From Coraliomargaritaceae bacterium (GTDB taxonomy: Bacteria > Verrucomicrobiota > Verrucomicrobiia > Opitutales > Coraliomargaritaceae): 64,000 nt of DNA. Below, one piece after another: positions 34,285 to 49,278 of this stretch. Position 1 is the stretch's first letter. Each line of letters opens with the position of its first letter. The notes beneath the pieces are model-generated. The model was not told the origin of the DNA. It searched no databases and saw nothing but the letters and a program-made list of their open reading frames with translations. The stretch spans positions 32,001-96,000 of the forward strand of contig CBFHKU010000006.1 of the NCBI GenBank assembly GCA_965656495.1, written 5' to 3'. The position numbers were made by a program, and so were the translations under genes.

Positions 34285-34743
34285 ATGAAAAATACAAAAA
34301 TTGAATATCTGGTTGGCTGTTTTGTCCTCGCGGGTTTGGCGGCGATTCTCTACCTCGCAATTCAAGTCGGAGGTGCACGGCTCCTGGGGGGCGACGTTTA
34401 TCAATTGCAGGCGCAATTTTCCAGTGCGGCGGGGGTGAATCCCGGAAGCCGGGTTGAAATTGCGGGGGTTCGCGTCGGCACCGTAAAAAGTGTAAATCTG
34501 GATGAGGCCTACTTTGCTCTGGTCACGCTCGAATTGCCCCGTTCGGTTAAGATCGATGCCGATACGATCGCCTCCGTTAAAACATCCGGTTTAATCGGGG
34601 ATCGTTTCATTGAACTCTCTCCCGGAGGCTCGGATCTCTTTCTTGAAAATGGTGAGATGTTGTACGATACTGAATCAGCGCTTGATATTGAGGATCTCAT
34701 CAGTCGTTTCGCGCTGGGTGGAATTGACAGCAATAAAGAGTAA
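34285..34743 (+). CDS. mlaD: MCE-domain protein
   Basis: EYLVG.FV, V.IAGVRVG.V, TSGLIGDRFI.LSPG. Confidence 0.92.
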   Translation: MKNTKIEYLVGCFVLAGLAAILYLAIQVGGARLLGGDVYQLQAQFSSAAGVNPGSRVEIAGVRVGTVKSVNLDEAYFALVTLELPRSVKIDADTIASVKTSGLIGDRFIELSPGGSDLFLENGEMLYDTESALDIEDLISRFALGGIDSNKE

Positions 34744-34760
34744 TCATAAGGTCTGGTACT

Positions 34761-35366
34761 ATGTATAAGGTAATTCTAGTAGGTTTAATTATTTTGTTCG
34801 GGAGCGCGAGCGCCTCCGCCGACCCGGTTGAGGAATTAAGGGGGTCGGTCGCAGAGGCAGTTGAGGTGCTCTTTGGGGAGGGATGCGACGCAAAGAGCGT
34901 TGAACTCAAGCGGGATGAGGTACGCGCTGCTTTTGAGAAAAACTACAATATGGATATCATCATTCGCCGTGCGATAGGACGCAACTGGAGGCGCCTTACG
35001 GAAGATGAGCAAACGCGCGTATTGGAGCTGATCAAAGCAGTGGTGCTCAAAGCTTACATCGACGGGATGGAGGGCAGAGCGCGACCAGAAATTAGTTATG
35101 GAGTGGCGGTTCAACAAGGGGAGCATCGTCTCGAAGTACCCTCAGTTGTTACTTTAGAGGACCGCAAGGTAAGCCTGAAATACAAATTGGCACGGATGGA
35201 GTCAGGCTGGGAGCTCTACGACCTCGTAGCAGAGGAGATCAGTTTGGTCTCGAATTATCGCCAACAATTTGACGATCATTTTCGTCGCGGAAATGCGGCG
35301 GAACTCATTGAGAAATTGGAAGGATTATTGAATCATGAAAAACTGGATCATAAAGTCACTCTATAA
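34761..35366 (+). CDS. mlaC: Periplasmic phospholipid-binding protein
   Basis: RRAIGRNWR, WELYDLVAEEISLVSNYRQQF. Confidence 0.88.
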   Translation: MYKVILVGLIILFGSASASADPVEELRGSVAEAVEVLFGEGCDAKSVELKRDEVRAAFEKNYNMDIIIRRAIGRNWRRLTEDEQTRVLELIKAVVLKAYIDGMEGRARPEISYGVAVQQGEHRLEVPSVVTLEDRKVSLKYKLARMESGWELYDLVAEEISLVSNYRQQFDDHFRRGNAAELIEKLEGLLNHEKLDHKVTL

Positions 35367-36096
35367 GCTGAGTGTATTATCCGTCTTGTGCGTGGTGCCC
35401 CTTGGGTTGCCAGTTTACGGTGAATCCTATGTAACGATGGAGGATTTGTTCGATGAGGGTATTGAGCAAATGTCTCCGGTGGTGAGGGATCCTTTAGAAC
35501 CGTTGAACCGCATAATTTTTAAATTCAATGACTTTCTTTATCTGAATGTTTTTAATCCCGTAGCCCGCACTTACGAGTGGGTCACTCCGGATCCTTTAGA
35601 ACAACGATTCTCGAATTTCTTTGAAAATCTAGGCACCCCGGTTCGTCTGGTGGGCAATGTTTTGCAGGGTAAATGGGATGGCGCCCTTAATGAAAGCGGA
35701 CGTTTTCTTTTGAATTCCACTATCGGGATTGCCGGACTGAACCGTCCGGCGGACGAGGTGTCTTTTCTCGAGCAACTGCCAAAGGAAGATATGGGTCAGG
35801 CGCTTGGCTCATGGGGCTTCAAAGACGGACCCTATCTCTTGCTTCCGGTTCTTGGGCCTTCTTCATTTCGTGACCTGATCGGTCGCGTTGGAGACCGCGC
35901 GGTTGATCCTTTCAAGTTTCCTTTTGCGGAGTTCGATGAATGGGAAGTGCGCACGGCTTACGGTGTAGGCGGCATTCTGGTGAACAGTCCTTCATTGGTG
36001 GATCGTTACAAGCAAATGAAGGGAGGGGCATTGGACCCTTACATCGCCCTGCGCAACGGCTATTTCCAGTATCGCGATGCTGCGATCAAGGAATAA
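35335..36096 (+). CDS. mlaA: VacJ/MlaA family protein
   Basis: DPLEPLNR..FKFND, NFFENL, RFLLNSTIG..G, EDMGQALG.WG, GPYLLLPVLGPS..RD. Confidence 0.9.
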   Translation: MKNWIIKSLYKLSVLSVLCVVPLGLPVYGESYVTMEDLFDEGIEQMSPVVRDPLEPLNRIIFKFNDFLYLNVFNPVARTYEWVTPDPLEQRFSNFFENLGTPVRLVGNVLQGKWDGALNESGRFLLNSTIGIAGLNRPADEVSFLEQLPKEDMGQALGSWGFKDGPYLLLPVLGPSSFRDLIGRVGDRAVDPFKFPFAEFDEWEVRTAYGVGGILVNSPSLVDRYKQMKGGALDPYIALRNGYFQYRDAAIKE

Positions 36097-36105
36097 AGAA
36101 GCGCC

Positions 36106-36894
36106 TCATAAAAAGAAGCGGTTAAAATTTTCCTCCACCGTGAGCGCCAGTTCCTCAGGGGGGCATTTCCTGAGCTCCGCGATGGCTCGGTATGCGGCAT
36201 TCAGATTTGCGGGATGACACAATCCTTCTCCGGCCACCTCTAGCTCATACTCGCGATAGGCTGTCTGTGGAAGGAAGTCGGGGGCATCGGTCTCGATGAG
36301 GAGTCGATCTGCGGGTATTGCAAGCAATCGTGCTTGGGCCGCAGGACGGTGCAACTGGCCGCCGTTGAAGGAGAAATAGGCTCCGAGGGAGGTTAACTCC
36401 TCGATAAGCTCCAGTGGTCCGCTGTAGGCGTGCAGGTGAAAGCCCCGGGCTGGAAGCGCGGCAGTGCGCAGGATGTTCATGAGGGGGCCGGTTGCTTTCA
36501 GGGCATGAATACTGACGGGAAGGTTCTTTTCTGTCGCGAAGTGTAGTTGAAATTCAAATACAGGAATTTGCTTTGCGAGATCATGCCCTTCGATCCAGCA
36601 GTCGAGGCCGATTTCACCGACAGCGCGGGCGCCTGATTTAAAAGCCTCAAGGAAGGATGTCTGCCAACCGGCGGCGGCGTGCGGTACTTGCCATGGGTGC
36701 AGGCCAATCGCGGGGAGAAAGCGAGAGTTGTCAGCGCACTGCCTTAGAACGAGAGGCCAGTCATGCGGGCCGGTGCCGACCACTACGGCCTTGCCGAGAT
36801 TGATGCAGTGGTAAGCCTTCCCGATTTCGCTTTGATGCGTATGTAGCCTGGGGTCTGCCAGATGGACATGCGCATCGTAGAGGCGGGCGGTCAT
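36106..36894 (-). CDS. TatD family hydrolase
   Basis: DAHVH, GLHPW, VGEIGLD, IETDAPD. Confidence 0.9.
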   Translation of the reverse strand: MTARLYDAHVHLADPRLHTHQSEIGKAYHCINLGKAVVVGTGPHDWPLVLRQCADNSRFLPAIGLHPWQVPHAAAGWQTSFLEAFKSGARAVGEIGLDCWIEGHDLAKQIPVFEFQLHFATEKNLPVSIHALKATGPLMNILRTAALPARGFHLHAYSGPLELIEELTSLGAYFSFNGGQLHRPAAQARLLAIPADRLLIETDAPDFLPQTAYREYELEVAGEGLCHPANLNAAYRAIAELRKCPPEELALTVEENFNRFFL

Positions 36895-36908
36895 ATCCGG
36901 TATGGAAT

Positions 36909-37328
36909 TCAGGAGGCGGCGAGACAGGAGCGTGCAAAATGTTGGATAAACTCCACGATTCGGCTCAGGCCATTGCGACGGTTCGGGGAAAGATGCTGCG
37001 TGACTCCAACTTCGCCGAGGAAGGCGGCATCATTTTCGATTATTTCCTGAGGCGGGGCGTCGCTGTAGAAATCGCAGAGGAGGGTCGCTATTCCCTTGAC
37101 GATCGCCGAGTCCGATTCGGATTTAAAATGACAACGGCCCTCCTTGAATTCGGGAACGACCCACAGTTGGGACATGCAGCCCTCGATCTTGAATTGGTCG
37201 ATGCGTAAGTCATCCGGCAAGCCAGTCGCGAGCTTGCCGCGCTCCACGAGGTAGCCAAGGCGTTCGTAGGCATCAGGGATCAGTTGAATCTCCTCAACCA
37301 AGGCGGTCTGTTTATCTGTGAGGCTCAT
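36909..37328 (-). CDS. sufE: SufE family Fe-S sulfur acceptor
   Basis: IEGCMSQLW, SDSAIVKG, LSPNRRNG. Confidence 0.88.
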   Translation of the reverse strand: MSLTDKQTALVEEIQLIPDAYERLGYLVERGKLATGLPDDLRIDQFKIEGCMSQLWVVPEFKEGRCHFKSESDSAIVKGIATLLCDFYSDAPPQEIIENDAAFLGEVGVTQHLSPNRRNGLSRIVEFIQHFARSCLAAS

Positions 37329-37383
37329 TTCCGTACACAAGAGCGCAGGCGATTCAAAAAGTCAAACCAGCGCCGAAAACCGA

Positions 37384-37735
37384 ATGAACATCGAACTTTG
37401 AACTTCCAATATTCAACCTTCGAGATTCGAATTTTAATGTGGTTCAGTGACCACCCTTCCTATCCGTGGCATCCGCGTGATTCTTTCCGTTCGTGGTTCT
37501 AAGATTCAACCACCAAAAGTACGAAATATACGAACGGTGTTTCGGACGCGATGCACTGAGGCCAGCAGAGCTGGCAACCGCTAATCTGCGCTAATCAACC
37601 CTTATCTTTCCCTTAGCGCACTTAGCTGGCCACTCCATCATTTGCGTGAATTCGTGGTTAAATCAGTGACCACCCTTCCTATCGGTGGCATCCGCGTGAT
37701 TCGTAGTTTCCCTATCAGCGTCCATCCGCGGTTTC
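37384..37735. repeat. Mosaic intergenic repeat region with a 40-bp direct repeat
   Basis: TCAGTGACCACCCTTCCTATC(C/G)GTGGCATCCGCGTGATTC at 37444 and 37663; TTCGTGGTT, ATCCGCG and TCGAAC-type short motifs. Confidence 0.8.
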
Positions 37736-37848
37736 CGGCTACGCCGGACTCGGGTTGTAGGGCCAGTAACCACCACCACGACCGGACAAGCCGCGGGCTG
37801 GTTAGTTGTGAAGGTGTGAAAAAACGGGGGTTCGCTGGAAGCGGGTAC

Positions 37849-37881
37849 AAAAAAGCCCGGCCTTTGCGGGGCCGGGCTTTC
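37849..37881 (-). terminator. Rho-independent terminator after eno
   Basis: Minus strand AAAGCCCGGCCCC-GCAA-AGGCCGGGCTTTTTT. Confidence 0.8.
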
Positions 37882-37900
37882 GGGAAAGGGAATGCCTTCC

Positions 37901-39304
<1,404 letters not shown>

Positions 39305-39329
39305 CTACTGTCAATAATACAGGTTTTTC

Positions 39330-40013
39330 TTAGCGCAATTGTTGCAAGCGTTGCTGCCATGGACCCGCCTGCTCGATACCATCCATTTGTTCCGCGAGAT
39401 TTGAGAAATCGGTTTTGCGATTTTCAAGATGTGCGCTGAGCGCTAAATAGTAGAGTGCCTCGGCGCGAATGATTGCGGCGTTTTCCGGAGCGGCGGCCAA
39501 GGCTTCCAGTTCGCCTTGGGCAGTTTCCGAATCGCCTGCTTTGTTTGCGGCAAAGGCATGACCAAGGCGCGCACGGCTGACCAAAAGCGGATCCTTGAGC
39601 GCCGCTATCGCGCGGGCGTAATTCTCCTTGGCGCTTTCGTATGCCTCTGCTTCATAGGCGGCATCGGCGGCCTGCAACGCTGCAAAGCCCCCAAGGTCGA
39701 GGGTGGGGTAGTCCGTTGCGAAGGATTCAAGTGAGTCGCTTGCCTGGGCTTCCATATAAAGGGACTGTTGTTTCTGGGCGGCGTAGTCCCCGTATATGCG
39801 CACGCCGTTGAAGCCGATTATAACGAGGGCGAGCACCGCGATGCATCCGCTGACAAAGGCTTTGTTCTCCATCCAATACATGGAGACACGTTCCTCAATC
39901 GCGATATCTGCCGATTCCTCCGCGTCGACAAGATTGCGCTCGTCGATGTCAGCGGCCTCATCCTTGGCTTCAGGTAAAAGGTTTTTGTTTTTCTTATGTT
40001 GTGGGCGTTTCAT
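39330..40013 (-). CDS. YfgM-like TPR membrane-anchored protein
   Basis: YWMENK before a single TM, then Ala-rich TPR helices (ARLGHA, AEALYYLA). Confidence 0.7.
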   Translation of the reverse strand: MKRPQHKKNKNLLPEAKDEAADIDERNLVDAEESADIAIEERVSMYWMENKAFVSGCIAVLALVIIGFNGVRIYGDYAAQKQQSLYMEAQASDSLESFATDYPTLDLGGFAALQAADAAYEAEAYESAKENYARAIAALKDPLLVSRARLGHAFAANKAGDSETAQGELEALAAAPENAAIIRAEALYYLALSAHLENRKTDFSNLAEQMDGIEQAGPWQQRLQQLR

Positions 40014-40028
40014 GATAAATTGTGCGCA

Positions 40029-40886
40029 CTAGTCGAAAACGACGGTTTTGTTATTATAGACCAGAATACGGTTGTCGAGGTGAAGTCGGATGGCTTGAGC
40101 AAAGACGGATTTTTCTAGGTCGCGGCCTTTGCGGATTAAGTCGGCGACCGAGTTGCGATGGTTGATACGTGTTACGTCCTGATGGATGATGGGGCCTTCG
40201 TCAAGAACTGCGGTGGCGTAGTGGGCGGTGGCTCCGATGAGCTTCACCCCCCGCTGGTGCGCCTGATGGTAAGGTTTGCCTCCGGTGAAGGCGGGCAAAA
40301 AGGAATGATGGATATTGATGACGGGGCCTCCGACTTCACTGAGGAAGCGGTCTGACAACACCTGCATATAACGCGCCATCACGATGCATTCCACTCCGGC
40401 TTCGCGCAGGATTTGTAATTGTTCCTCCTCCGCCTCGCTTTTGTTTTCGGCGGTAACCGGGATGTGATGAAATGGGATGCCGTAGTAGCGGGCATCGGCT
40501 TCAAGGCTGTTGTGGTTAGAAATGATACAGGCAAGTTGGCCGGCAAACTCACCGGCGCGAAAACGAAGAATGGTATCGTGAAAACAATGGTCGATTTTGG
40601 AAACAAAGAGGCCGACCTTCGGGCGTTCGCTGCTCAGCGCGACGCTGACTTCCATCCCGAGTTCGTCGTGGACAAAGCTTTTGAAATCGGCGGCTTCCTT
40701 TTCGAGTTCGCCAGAAGGGGACCATTCCACGCGCTGGAAAAAGATATTGGCTTCTTCGTCCTTGTGTTGGTCAGCGTGATGAATGTTACTGCCCCGCAGG
40801 AAAATCCAACTCGAGACTCGCGACACCAGACCGGGCTGGTCGGGGCCGTGCAGGAGTGCGACGATGGTTTCCTGTGTTTGGGGCAT
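40029..40886 (-). CDS. purU: Formyltetrahydrofolate deformylase
   Basis: PDQPGLV ACT domain, ARYMQVLS, INIHHSFLPAF.G.KPYHQA. Confidence 0.96.
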   Translation of the reverse strand: MPQTQETIVALLHGPDQPGLVSRVSSWIFLRGSNIHHADQHKDEEANIFFQRVEWSPSGELEKEAADFKSFVHDELGMEVSVALSSERPKVGLFVSKIDHCFHDTILRFRAGEFAGQLACIISNHNSLEADARYYGIPFHHIPVTAENKSEAEEEQLQILREAGVECIVMARYMQVLSDRFLSEVGGPVINIHHSFLPAFTGGKPYHQAHQRGVKLIGATAHYATAVLDEGPIIHQDVTRINHRNSVADLIRKGRDLEKSVFAQAIRLHLDNRILVYNNKTVVFD

Positions 40887-40900
40887 AGCTGCCAGTGGTT

Positions 40901-44143
<3,243 letters not shown>

Positions 44144-44267
44144 AAATCTTTTTGAGCGTGGAATTTTTGCACAGGCATGCAAGCACGAACGCAACCAAGA
44201 AGCCTCTTAGTTAAAGAATATCTGAAATGGGCTTGTCAGTCGGGGGTCTGTCTGTGTTTTTGACAGG

Positions 44268-45362
44268 GTGCCAAGCGGGGAAATCGAGTCAATTAAACGG
44301 GAATATCTGGAGGGGTTAAATTTTTCCTCTTTGGAAAGGTGCTTGGAGGATTCGGGCGTCAATCCGGTGCACGCCAAGGCACTCTTTAATGCGGTACAGC
44401 GTCGTTTGGACGCCGCGCTGTCGGAGGCCTGCGATCACCTTGTTCCGCCGCTCCAGCGTTGGTTGCGCTCGGCGGAGGCCCCGCATCAATGCCCGCTTGT
44501 CCCGGTTGCGGAAACCCCCAGTGCCGACGGCTACACGCACAAGCACCTCTTGCGTCTGGCGGATGGTGCGGAAGTCGAGGCGGTACAGATGGGATTTCCG
44601 GGGCGATTCACCGCCTGCCTGAGTAGTCAGGTCGGTTGCGCGATGGGATGCGTCTTTTGTGCCACCGGGCAAATGGGTTTTGCGCGTCACCTCACCGCCG
44701 GTGAAATCGTGGCACAGGCCTTGCACCTTGAGCGGCAACTGCGCGCCACGCAGGGTGAACGGCTCCGCAATATTGTTATGATGGGGATGGGCGAGCCCTT
44801 GCACAACTTTGAGCCCACCATGCAGGCGCTGGAAATCCTGACCGATAACCGGGGGCTCAACATCGGCCCCGCGCGGGTGGCGATCAGCACCGTCGGTCAT
44901 ATTCCGGGCATCGAGCAACTGGCGCGTCACCCCAAGCGGTATTCCTTGGCCGTCAGCCTCCACGGTGCCAGTGATGCAGAACGCGCTGCCCTGGTGCCGA
45001 TTAATAAAAAGTGGCCGCTCGCGGACCTTCTGCAAGCGTGTCGCGATTACTCACGCATCAAGCGCGCGCGGGTCTTCTTTGCCTGGACTTTAATCGGCGG
45101 GGTCAATGACAGTGACGACCACGCCCGCCGACTGGCGGAGCTCTTGCGTGGGATGGACGCCCACGTGAACCTCATTCCGCTCAACCCCACGGAAGGTTTT
45201 GACGGAGCTGCGCCCGCCGATTCCAGAGTGCGGGCCTTTCAGGAGATCATTCAGGATTCCGGTTTGCCCAGCACGGTGCGCCAGCGGCGTGGTATTGATG
45301 TGGCGGCGGGATGCGGCCAGCTCAAGGTTGCCCGCGCCAATCGAGCGTCAGTGTCGGGCTGA
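44268..45362 (+). CDS. rlmN: Radical SAM 23S rRNA m2A2503 methyltransferase RlmN-like
   Basis: CLSSQVGCAMGCVFC, MMGMGEP, VSLH, NLIPLN, DVAAGCGQL. Confidence 0.88.
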   Translation: MPSGEIESIKREYLEGLNFSSLERCLEDSGVNPVHAKALFNAVQRRLDAALSEACDHLVPPLQRWLRSAEAPHQCPLVPVAETPSADGYTHKHLLRLADGAEVEAVQMGFPGRFTACLSSQVGCAMGCVFCATGQMGFARHLTAGEIVAQALHLERQLRATQGERLRNIVMMGMGEPLHNFEPTMQALEILTDNRGLNIGPARVAISTVGHIPGIEQLARHPKRYSLAVSLHGASDAERAALVPINKKWPLADLLQACRDYSRIKRARVFFAWTLIGGVNDSDDHARRLAELLRGMDAHVNLIPLNPTEGFDGAAPADSRVRAFQEIIQDSGLPSTVRQRRGIDVAAGCGQLKVARANRASVSG

Positions 45363-46494
45363 CTTCAGCCGCCTTTTCCTCGATGCGCAGACCCTCCAGA
45401 CGCTTGGGATGGAGTTGAATCTCGTAGCGGTGTCCGGCGGGGAGGCGGATGCGGGTGCTGGCATGCAGGTCTGAGAAGAAGCCGCGCACCTGATGGTAAA
45501 CCCGCTTGCGGTCGGGCGTGGCGCCGGACTCGCTCTCAAGGTGGAGTTTGGTTTTTGGGAAACCGAAACCCTGCCCGCGGGTGATAAATTCCATGGCGGT
45601 GCCCGCCGCGCCTTTTTCAAATTTCAACTCACCGCGCAGGTCGAGGTCGAGATAGAGGCTTGCGCCGGATGCTTCGAGGCTCAGGTGGTCGGTCTTGTCG
45701 CGGGGGCTGCGGGTCGCCACCAGAAGCAGGAGCAGCAACACAATCGGCAGGAGGGCGAGGCGAACAAAACGCCGACGCCGCGCCGCGCCCGCATTGCGCG
45801 GCGGGCGCTCGGTGAAGCGCCAATCCTGCTGTAGGCCGAGGGCCTGTTGAAGTCCGTATGCCACGAGCCACATGAGAATACCCGCCCAGATCACATCCGT
45901 TAAAAAGTGACCGCCATAGCTCATGCGGGAGAGTCCGATGACGCCGCCAAAGAGCAGAGCCAGCGCAAGGACCACGCGCCGCGCCGTGCCTTTGAGAAGG
46001 AGCGCCAAGGCAAAGAAATAAAATCCCATGGTGGCGTGCCCGCAGGGGAATGATTTCCCCGTGCTGGCGAGGTCAATCCAGAGGCTGGGCTCAAATGCCT
46101 GCGTGCCGCCATAAAGATCAACCTGCGCGGGGCGGGGGCGCCCCCAGTAGCCCTTCAGCAGAAAATTAGCGAGAATGCCATTGCCGAGCGCGAGCACCGC
46201 GAAGAGGTAAAAGCTGACGGTGCGAAGGGCTTGCACTTGCTTGATGTAATAGCTGGCGAGCCAGAGGAGCATTCCACCGACTCCCAGAATGAGCGCGGGC
46301 AGGACGCCATATTCATACAGCGCAACCATGATGGGCATATCCCGACCCGTCCAGTGATCGGCGGTGGCATCGTAAAAACAAGCCTGTGCCCCTTGGTCCC
46401 AGCCGAGCAGGTTGGCGATTAAACTAAAAAATACCCCCGCGAGGAGAGGCAGGTAAACCGCGCGCTGTTTCAGGAATTTCAGGGGAGCGGACAT
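45322..46494 (-). CDS. PAP2 family phosphatase (lipid phosphatase-like) with extra C-terminal domain
   Basis: KGYWGRPRP, SFPCGH, SRMSYGGHFLTD. Confidence 0.88.
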   Translation of the reverse strand: MSAPLKFLKQRAVYLPLLAGVFFSLIANLLGWDQGAQACFYDATADHWTGRDMPIMVALYEYGVLPALILGVGGMLLWLASYYIKQVQALRTVSFYLFAVLALGNGILANFLLKGYWGRPRPAQVDLYGGTQAFEPSLWIDLASTGKSFPCGHATMGFYFFALALLLKGTARRVVLALALLFGGVIGLSRMSYGGHFLTDVIWAGILMWLVAYGLQQALGLQQDWRFTERPPRNAGAARRRRFVRLALLPIVLLLLLLVATRSPRDKTDHLSLEASGASLYLDLDLRGELKFEKGAAGTAMEFITRGQGFGFPKTKLHLESESGATPDRKRVYHQVRGFFSDLHASTRIRLPAGHRYEIQLHPKRLEGLRIEEKAAEVSPTLTLDWRGQP

Positions 46495-46501
46495 GCTGCG
46501 T

Positions 46502-48163
46502 TCAAGGTTTACGGATCAATGCCAGTTCAACCCAGGAACTGTTGCCGGGGCTGAAGCCTTGCACCGTTTCAATTTCCAGTTGCCCGTAGTCGGTCTGAAT
46601 TTTGGCGCGATGATCGTGCCGCGGACGCAGCGCCTTGCCCGCCCGCCAATCCGCGAGAAGTTCGTCATCCAGTCGCCAGCGGCGCGTGCTAATCAGGAGG
46701 ACGTCCCCCTCTTTTAATTCGGCAGCGCTGGGCGCCTCATTGAAGTTCCAATAGCGTCCGCTATACCAGACGAGGCTGGGCTCCGCAAAACCTTCGCTAT
46801 AGGCCGCGGGTGCCTCCGCGAGCAGTTCGTGATGGGCGGCATGGAGTTGGGTAACGAGGTGGGCCTGTCGCAGATTCGCGGCGAAGGGCCAAAAGAGGAG
46901 GGCGCTTGCGATGGAAAACAGGATGGCAGGCGCGAGGCGCAGGCGTTGGACGCATTCCGAGGCGAGGAGGAGGGCGAGGAAGAGGGCCGAAAGCCAGAGG
47001 CAGGCATCTCCAAGGGCGTGCACAGGGGCGTTCCCGCCAAGGACAATGCCGAGTGCGAGGGCGGCGAGCACCAGCACCGCGAGCGCCACGCGCGTGAGGG
47101 TATAGCTGAGCAGGAAGCCCGAGCGGGTGCCGCTGCGCAAATGGGAAGCGGCAAGGAGCGCGAGGGCGGGGTAGCTCGGCAAGATGTAATGCGGGAGCTG
47201 GGTTTTATAAAAAGCGAAAATGATAAAACTGCTGGCGGCCCAAGCCAGCAGGAAGCCGTGCTGGCGCGACTCGTGGCGTTTGCCCCAGGCATTGCGGAGG
47301 GCGGGCCAAAGCGCCGGAACCCAGGGGCTGAAAAAAACCAGGACCGCCACGAAATAATAAACCCCGGGAATATAGAACCGTTCATTAAAAGCGGAAACCC
47401 CCCGCTCAACTACGTGCTCCCCGATTCCAATATCAAAGTAAGCGCCCTGAGTTTGAATGAGGGCGGGGATGCCCCATGCCCCCACCAGTGCCAGTAAGAG
47501 GAGGATGCCGGGAAGCAGACCCGGGAGGAGTTGCCTCCAGGCAGGTGTCGCGCCTTTGCGCCCGAGTAGCGCGAATCCGGCAAGGCTCAAGCCCGGAATA
47601 AGAAGGGCGAGCGGACCTTTGGCGAGAAAGGCGAGCGCCATTCCGCCATAGCTCATCCAAAAGGGGCGCCCAAAAGTTTTAGGCGGGCTCTCCGCGCAGA
47701 GATAGTCCCAAAAGCCGCGCAGGGCGAGGATGGTGCCAAGGATGAGCGGCATGTCCGCCACCGCAATGCGCCCGTGAATGAGAACCTGCAGCGCGGAGAG
47801 CCAGATGAGTCCGGCAAGGCAGGCCCAGGAGGTTTCGAGCCCAAGGCGGCGACCGAAGCCGTAAATGAGGAGGGCGACCATCCACGCCGCGACCGCCGAG
47901 TGCAGGCGCGCCGCGAGTTCATTGACCCCGAGGAGGCGGTAGTGCAATTGCATCCACCAGTAAGTGAGGGGCGGTTTGTCGAAGCGGTATTCGTTGTTGA
48001 AATAGGGCACGACATAATCGCTGCGTTCCATCATTTCGACGGTGGCGCGTGCAAAGCGCGGTTCGTCGCGATCGACGAGGGGGAGGAGCCACGTGCCGGG
48101 CAGGAGGTAGAGACAAGCGGCGAGGGTCAGGCACCAGCGCGGGTATCGCTCCAGGAAATTCAT
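46502..48163 (-). CDS. ArnT-like (GT83/GT39) glycosyltransferase
   Basis: DRDEPRFA, RFDKPPL.YW, LAKGP, TQLPHYILP. Confidence 0.88.
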   Translation of the reverse strand: MNFLERYPRWCLTLAACLYLLPGTWLLPLVDRDEPRFARATVEMMERSDYVVPYFNNEYRFDKPPLTYWWMQLHYRLLGVNELAARLHSAVAAWMVALLIYGFGRRLGLETSWACLAGLIWLSALQVLIHGRIAVADMPLILGTILALRGFWDYLCAESPPKTFGRPFWMSYGGMALAFLAKGPLALLIPGLSLAGFALLGRKGATPAWRQLLPGLLPGILLLLALVGAWGIPALIQTQGAYFDIGIGEHVVERGVSAFNERFYIPGVYYFVAVLVFFSPWVPALWPALRNAWGKRHESRQHGFLLAWAASSFIIFAFYKTQLPHYILPSYPALALLAASHLRSGTRSGFLLSYTLTRVALAVLVLAALALGIVLGGNAPVHALGDACLWLSALFLALLLASECVQRLRLAPAILFSIASALLFWPFAANLRQAHLVTQLHAAHHELLAEAPAAYSEGFAEPSLVWYSGRYWNFNEAPSAAELKEGDVLLISTRRWRLDDELLADWRAGKALRPRHDHRAKIQTDYGQLEIETVQGFSPGNSSWVELALIRKP

Positions 48164-48178
48164 GGCATGTCGGGCCGA

Positions 48179-48550
48179 CTAGGAGCCGCCAACGTGGGGG
48201 TTGCGAATGTCGAGGTAGAGATTGTAGGCCGCCACAAAACTGGGCAGGAGATTTGAAAGGATCCCCACCGAGTCGTTTTTCCCAAGCGTGAAATAAGCCA
48301 GGAGGCAAATGGATCCGGTGAGCGACATAATCCAAAAGAGACGCGGCATCGTGACCCGTTTGTTTTTCCGCGAGGCCGCCAACTGAACAAACCAGCGTCC
48401 ACCAAAAAGAAAGACTCCGGTGTAGCCGATGAATTTCCAGGGGGTGACGACGAGGCTTTGCCCGAAGAGCTCGCCCTCAAATAAAACGCTATGCATGAAG
48501 CTGGCGAGCGGAAGGCCGGGGAGCAAGGTGAAGGTTTCGCTGAGAGCCAT
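48179..48550 (-). CDS. Lipid A biosynthesis N-terminal (LAB_N) domain protein
   Basis: WKFIG..G..LFGGRWFVQ, P.LFW.MSL.G, DSVGIL, YNL; start uncertain. Confidence 0.82.
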   Translation of the reverse strand: MALSETFTLLPGLPLASFMHSVLFEGELFGQSLVVTPWKFIGYTGVFLFGGRWFVQLAASRKNKRVTMPRLFWIMSLTGSICLLAYFTLGKNDSVGILSNLLPSFVAAYNLYLDIRNPHVGGS

Positions 48551-48555
48551 GATTT

Positions 48556-49266
48556 TTATGAGTGAGGGGTGCCTGTGTCCGATTCGAGTATGTCGAATTT
48601 GACTTTTCGTCTGAGGAGCCAACTGACGCCGAAGAGGTCATAAATGCCGCGCAGGGCGCGATCCCAATTGGTGTATTTGGAGTTGCCGGCGTGGCGGGAA
48701 CGATGATTGACGGGGATTTCCGCGATGGTGAGGCCGGCGCGTTTCATGAAGGCGGCCATATAGCGATGCATCCCGTTGAAGGGGACAAGGTGGTCGACCG
48801 CCTCGCGGTGAAAGCATTTGAGCGAGCAACCGGTATCGCGAATCCCGTCATTGATAAAGGTGACGCGGATGCGGTTGGCGATCTTGGAGGCCCAGCGGCG
48901 ACTGGCGGTGTCCTTGCGAACGGCGCGATACCCGCAGACCATTCCGATCCCTTCGGTGAGCGCCGCGACCAACGCGGGAATATCAGCGGGATCGTTTTGC
49001 CCGTCGCCGTCCATCATAACGCAGACGTCACCGGTGGCCTGTTTTAATCCGGCGTAAAGGGCGGCGGATTGACCGCGGTTTTCCGGGGCGTTGAGGGCGC
49101 GCACTCCCGCGACGCTTTGCATGAGTTCCGCGGTGCGGTCACTGCTGCCATCATTCACCGCAATGATCTCGGCTCCGGGGTTGGTCTGGACGACCTCTTC
49201 CAAGACGGAGACCACCGTTTCCTCCTCGTTGTAGAACGGAATGACAATACTGATCGTGGGCTTCAT
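48556..49266 (-). CDS. GT2 polyprenol-phosphate glycosyltransferase (ArnC/DPM1-like)
   Basis: [40 protein letters not shown]. Confidence 0.9.
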   Translation of the reverse strand: MKPTISIVIPFYNEEETVVSVLEEVVQTNPGAEIIAVNDGSSDRTAELMQSVAGVRALNAPENRGQSAALYAGLKQATGDVCVMMDGDGQNDPADIPALVAALTEGIGMVCGYRAVRKDTASRRWASKIANRIRVTFINDGIRDTGCSLKCFHREAVDHLVPFNGMHRYMAAFMKRAGLTIAEIPVNHRSRHAGNSKYTNWDRALRGIYDLFGVSWLLRRKVKFDILESDTGTPHS

Positions 49267-49278
49267 GTATTCGTAATG

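Noticed and set aside
32734..36096. Missing mlaB as a novelty
   Set aside because: mla operons without mlaB are common outside Gammaproteobacteria
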